DNA of 63,799 nucleotides, counting the filler, from Octopus bimaculoides (lineage: Eukaryota): NCBI RefSeq assembly GCF_001194135.2. It is 7 parts of 6 records of this genome, joined end to end, with 100 filler letters (N's around TTAATTAATTAA, not from the genome) between each part and the next. Parts side by side here need not be neighbours in the genome. Positions count along the whole stretch, not along the records: positions 61,993 to 63,799 come from NC_069000.1; 6 more parts are not named here. One strand, given 5' to 3'. The notes beneath the pieces are model-generated. The model worked only from the letters and a program-made list of their open reading frames with translations, did not search any database and had not been told where the DNA came from. Each line of letters opens with the position of its first letter. Positions within the stretch are counted from its first letter, which is position 1. Below, piece by piece: positions 62,158 to 63,799 of this stretch. The translations under genes were made by a program, and so were the position numbers.

Positions 62158-63559
62158 GAGTAGTAAAACACGTTATACTTTTTCATCATAACAAACGCTG
62201 AGAGGCTTAGCCATATGAACAAAGGGAGGTTACTAGGTACTACTCTTACCTGACGGAACAAAAAACTGCATAACCGTTTAAAATTTTTTTCGTTTCTCAG
62301 TGTAATCTTTTTATATACCTAATATATATATATTTTTCCTTAGACCAACGGAAAGTATATTCTAATCCATTCAAATCCTAAATAATAACTATTATTATAG
62401 CTTTTCTCAGTATAACTTCTAAAAACAATATCGTAGTATAAAATATACAAACCTTTCATCCCTTCTTTTTTTTACATTTCTTAATCTAATGTTTTTGTAT
62501 CTTATACTCTTCATGATACATTACATTTGTTTTTATCCCATTTTCCTCCAATTTTATCCTTTTTCGTTATTTCCCCCCCTCATGGCGTCTACTTTTTTCT
62601 CTATAAAGTTACTTGTATCTTTTTCGCATAAATACTTATATTCATCTCCTAGTATGTAAACAATAAATTTTCTATCAATATTGAAATACACATGCTAGTA
62701 AATGCAAATGATGAATAATTAATAGTTATTATTGGATATATAGTACTCCTTCTCCTTTTTATTTCCTTAGGTCTTTTCTGTTTTTTCCCCCATTCATTAT
62801 TATATTTTATCTCTCGTTCTGTCCCCAATACCCTTGGCTGCCCGCAAAATCCCATATTATAATTAAACATTTATATATATATATTTTTCAAATACGTTGT
62901 GGTGTTTTAGAGAAATTTCAACGATCAATATCTAATCGCAAGAACCCGGTGTCCTAATAAATTGTTGTTTACATTTGAATATTTCAAAATATAGTCCTCA
63001 ACTTAGTCATTTTGTAATTAAAGACCGGGAAATATACTTTCTATCCCTGAAGGTACCCGACAGAATATGGTCTTTCACATCTAAAATCTTTGAATGATGA
63101 CGAGTCAAGCATACTGTCGAACTGAAACGTATCTAAGTTTTTTTTTGTTATTTTTTTGCTGTTGTTTTTTTAATCCAGTTTCTTTATTCTTCTATATATC
63201 ACTTTTTCATTCCATTACTTTTCCATTGTGGTACAAATAAAATGAACCAAGTATCTATTATATTTTTTCTTCTCTACTTTCTTTTATTGACTTTATAGTT
63301 TAGTAGACAGTTTAACGCCTTTACGAGGGAATTACATCCTCTATATTTGTATATATGTATATACATATACATACATATATGTATGTATGTCAATCAGTTT
63401 CATTTCTGTATTTCTTGTCCATAGAGAAAGAGCCGGACTCTAACATAGATTCAAGGCTCCTTCATTGGAACTTTTATCAACATCATCTAGGTATTTGTGC
63501 ATATGTGTGTGTGTGCAGTATTTGGTGTTAGTGTATGCGCAGATTTGTATGTTTGTTTT

Positions 63560-63692
63560 ATGGATGCGTTTTTATGTCTATGTATATATATGTGTGTGTG
63601 TATGTGTGTGTGTATGTGTGTGTGTATGTGTATGTATCTATATGTGTGTGTATATATATATTTATATATATATGTATACACACACACACACA

Positions 63693-63775
<83 letters not shown>

Positions 63776-63799
63776 ATATATATATATATTTATATATAT
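63560..63799. repeat. Compound (TG)/(TA)/(TCTA)n microsatellite
   Basis: Seen directly. Similar (GATA)n tracts occur at 23518-23557 and 58040-58100. Confidence 0.95.

Noticed and set aside
63095-63140. ATGATGA...GAAACGTA as a hammerhead
   Set aside because: The first core base is wrong and stems I and II do not pair convincingly.

Overview
AT-rich, microsatellite- and transposon-dense eukaryotic DNA. The SINE/LINE repertoire looks cephalopod (octopus-like); that is an inference. Six 44N-TTAATTAATTAA-44N markers show the window is stitched from seven pieces, so adjacency across them is unproven. Host-gene content is small: one intact 379-aa single-exon coiled-coil ORF (21033-22172, +) and a tentative chain of three short phase-compatible exons on the minus strand (7927 to 4666). 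The rest is mobile DNA: a mellifera-type mariner, other Tc1/mariner/pogo relics, piggyBac-type MITEs, CR1/L2, RTE, Hero and L1/Tx1-like LINE fragments, tRNA-derived SINEs, a gypsy gag-pro relic, a decayed Helentron RepHel with an in-frame OTU protease, a Helitron1 fragment and three Penelope-like elements (PLEs). The most striking non-coding signal is a set of minimal type I hammerhead ribozyme motifs with palindromic stem III. Four have a canonical core (6463, 51189, 51469, 55196) and two tandem copies have a variant core (6601, 6857). Three of the canonical motifs lie in the PLE terminal regions. All assignments are by-eye motif recognition, with no database searches.
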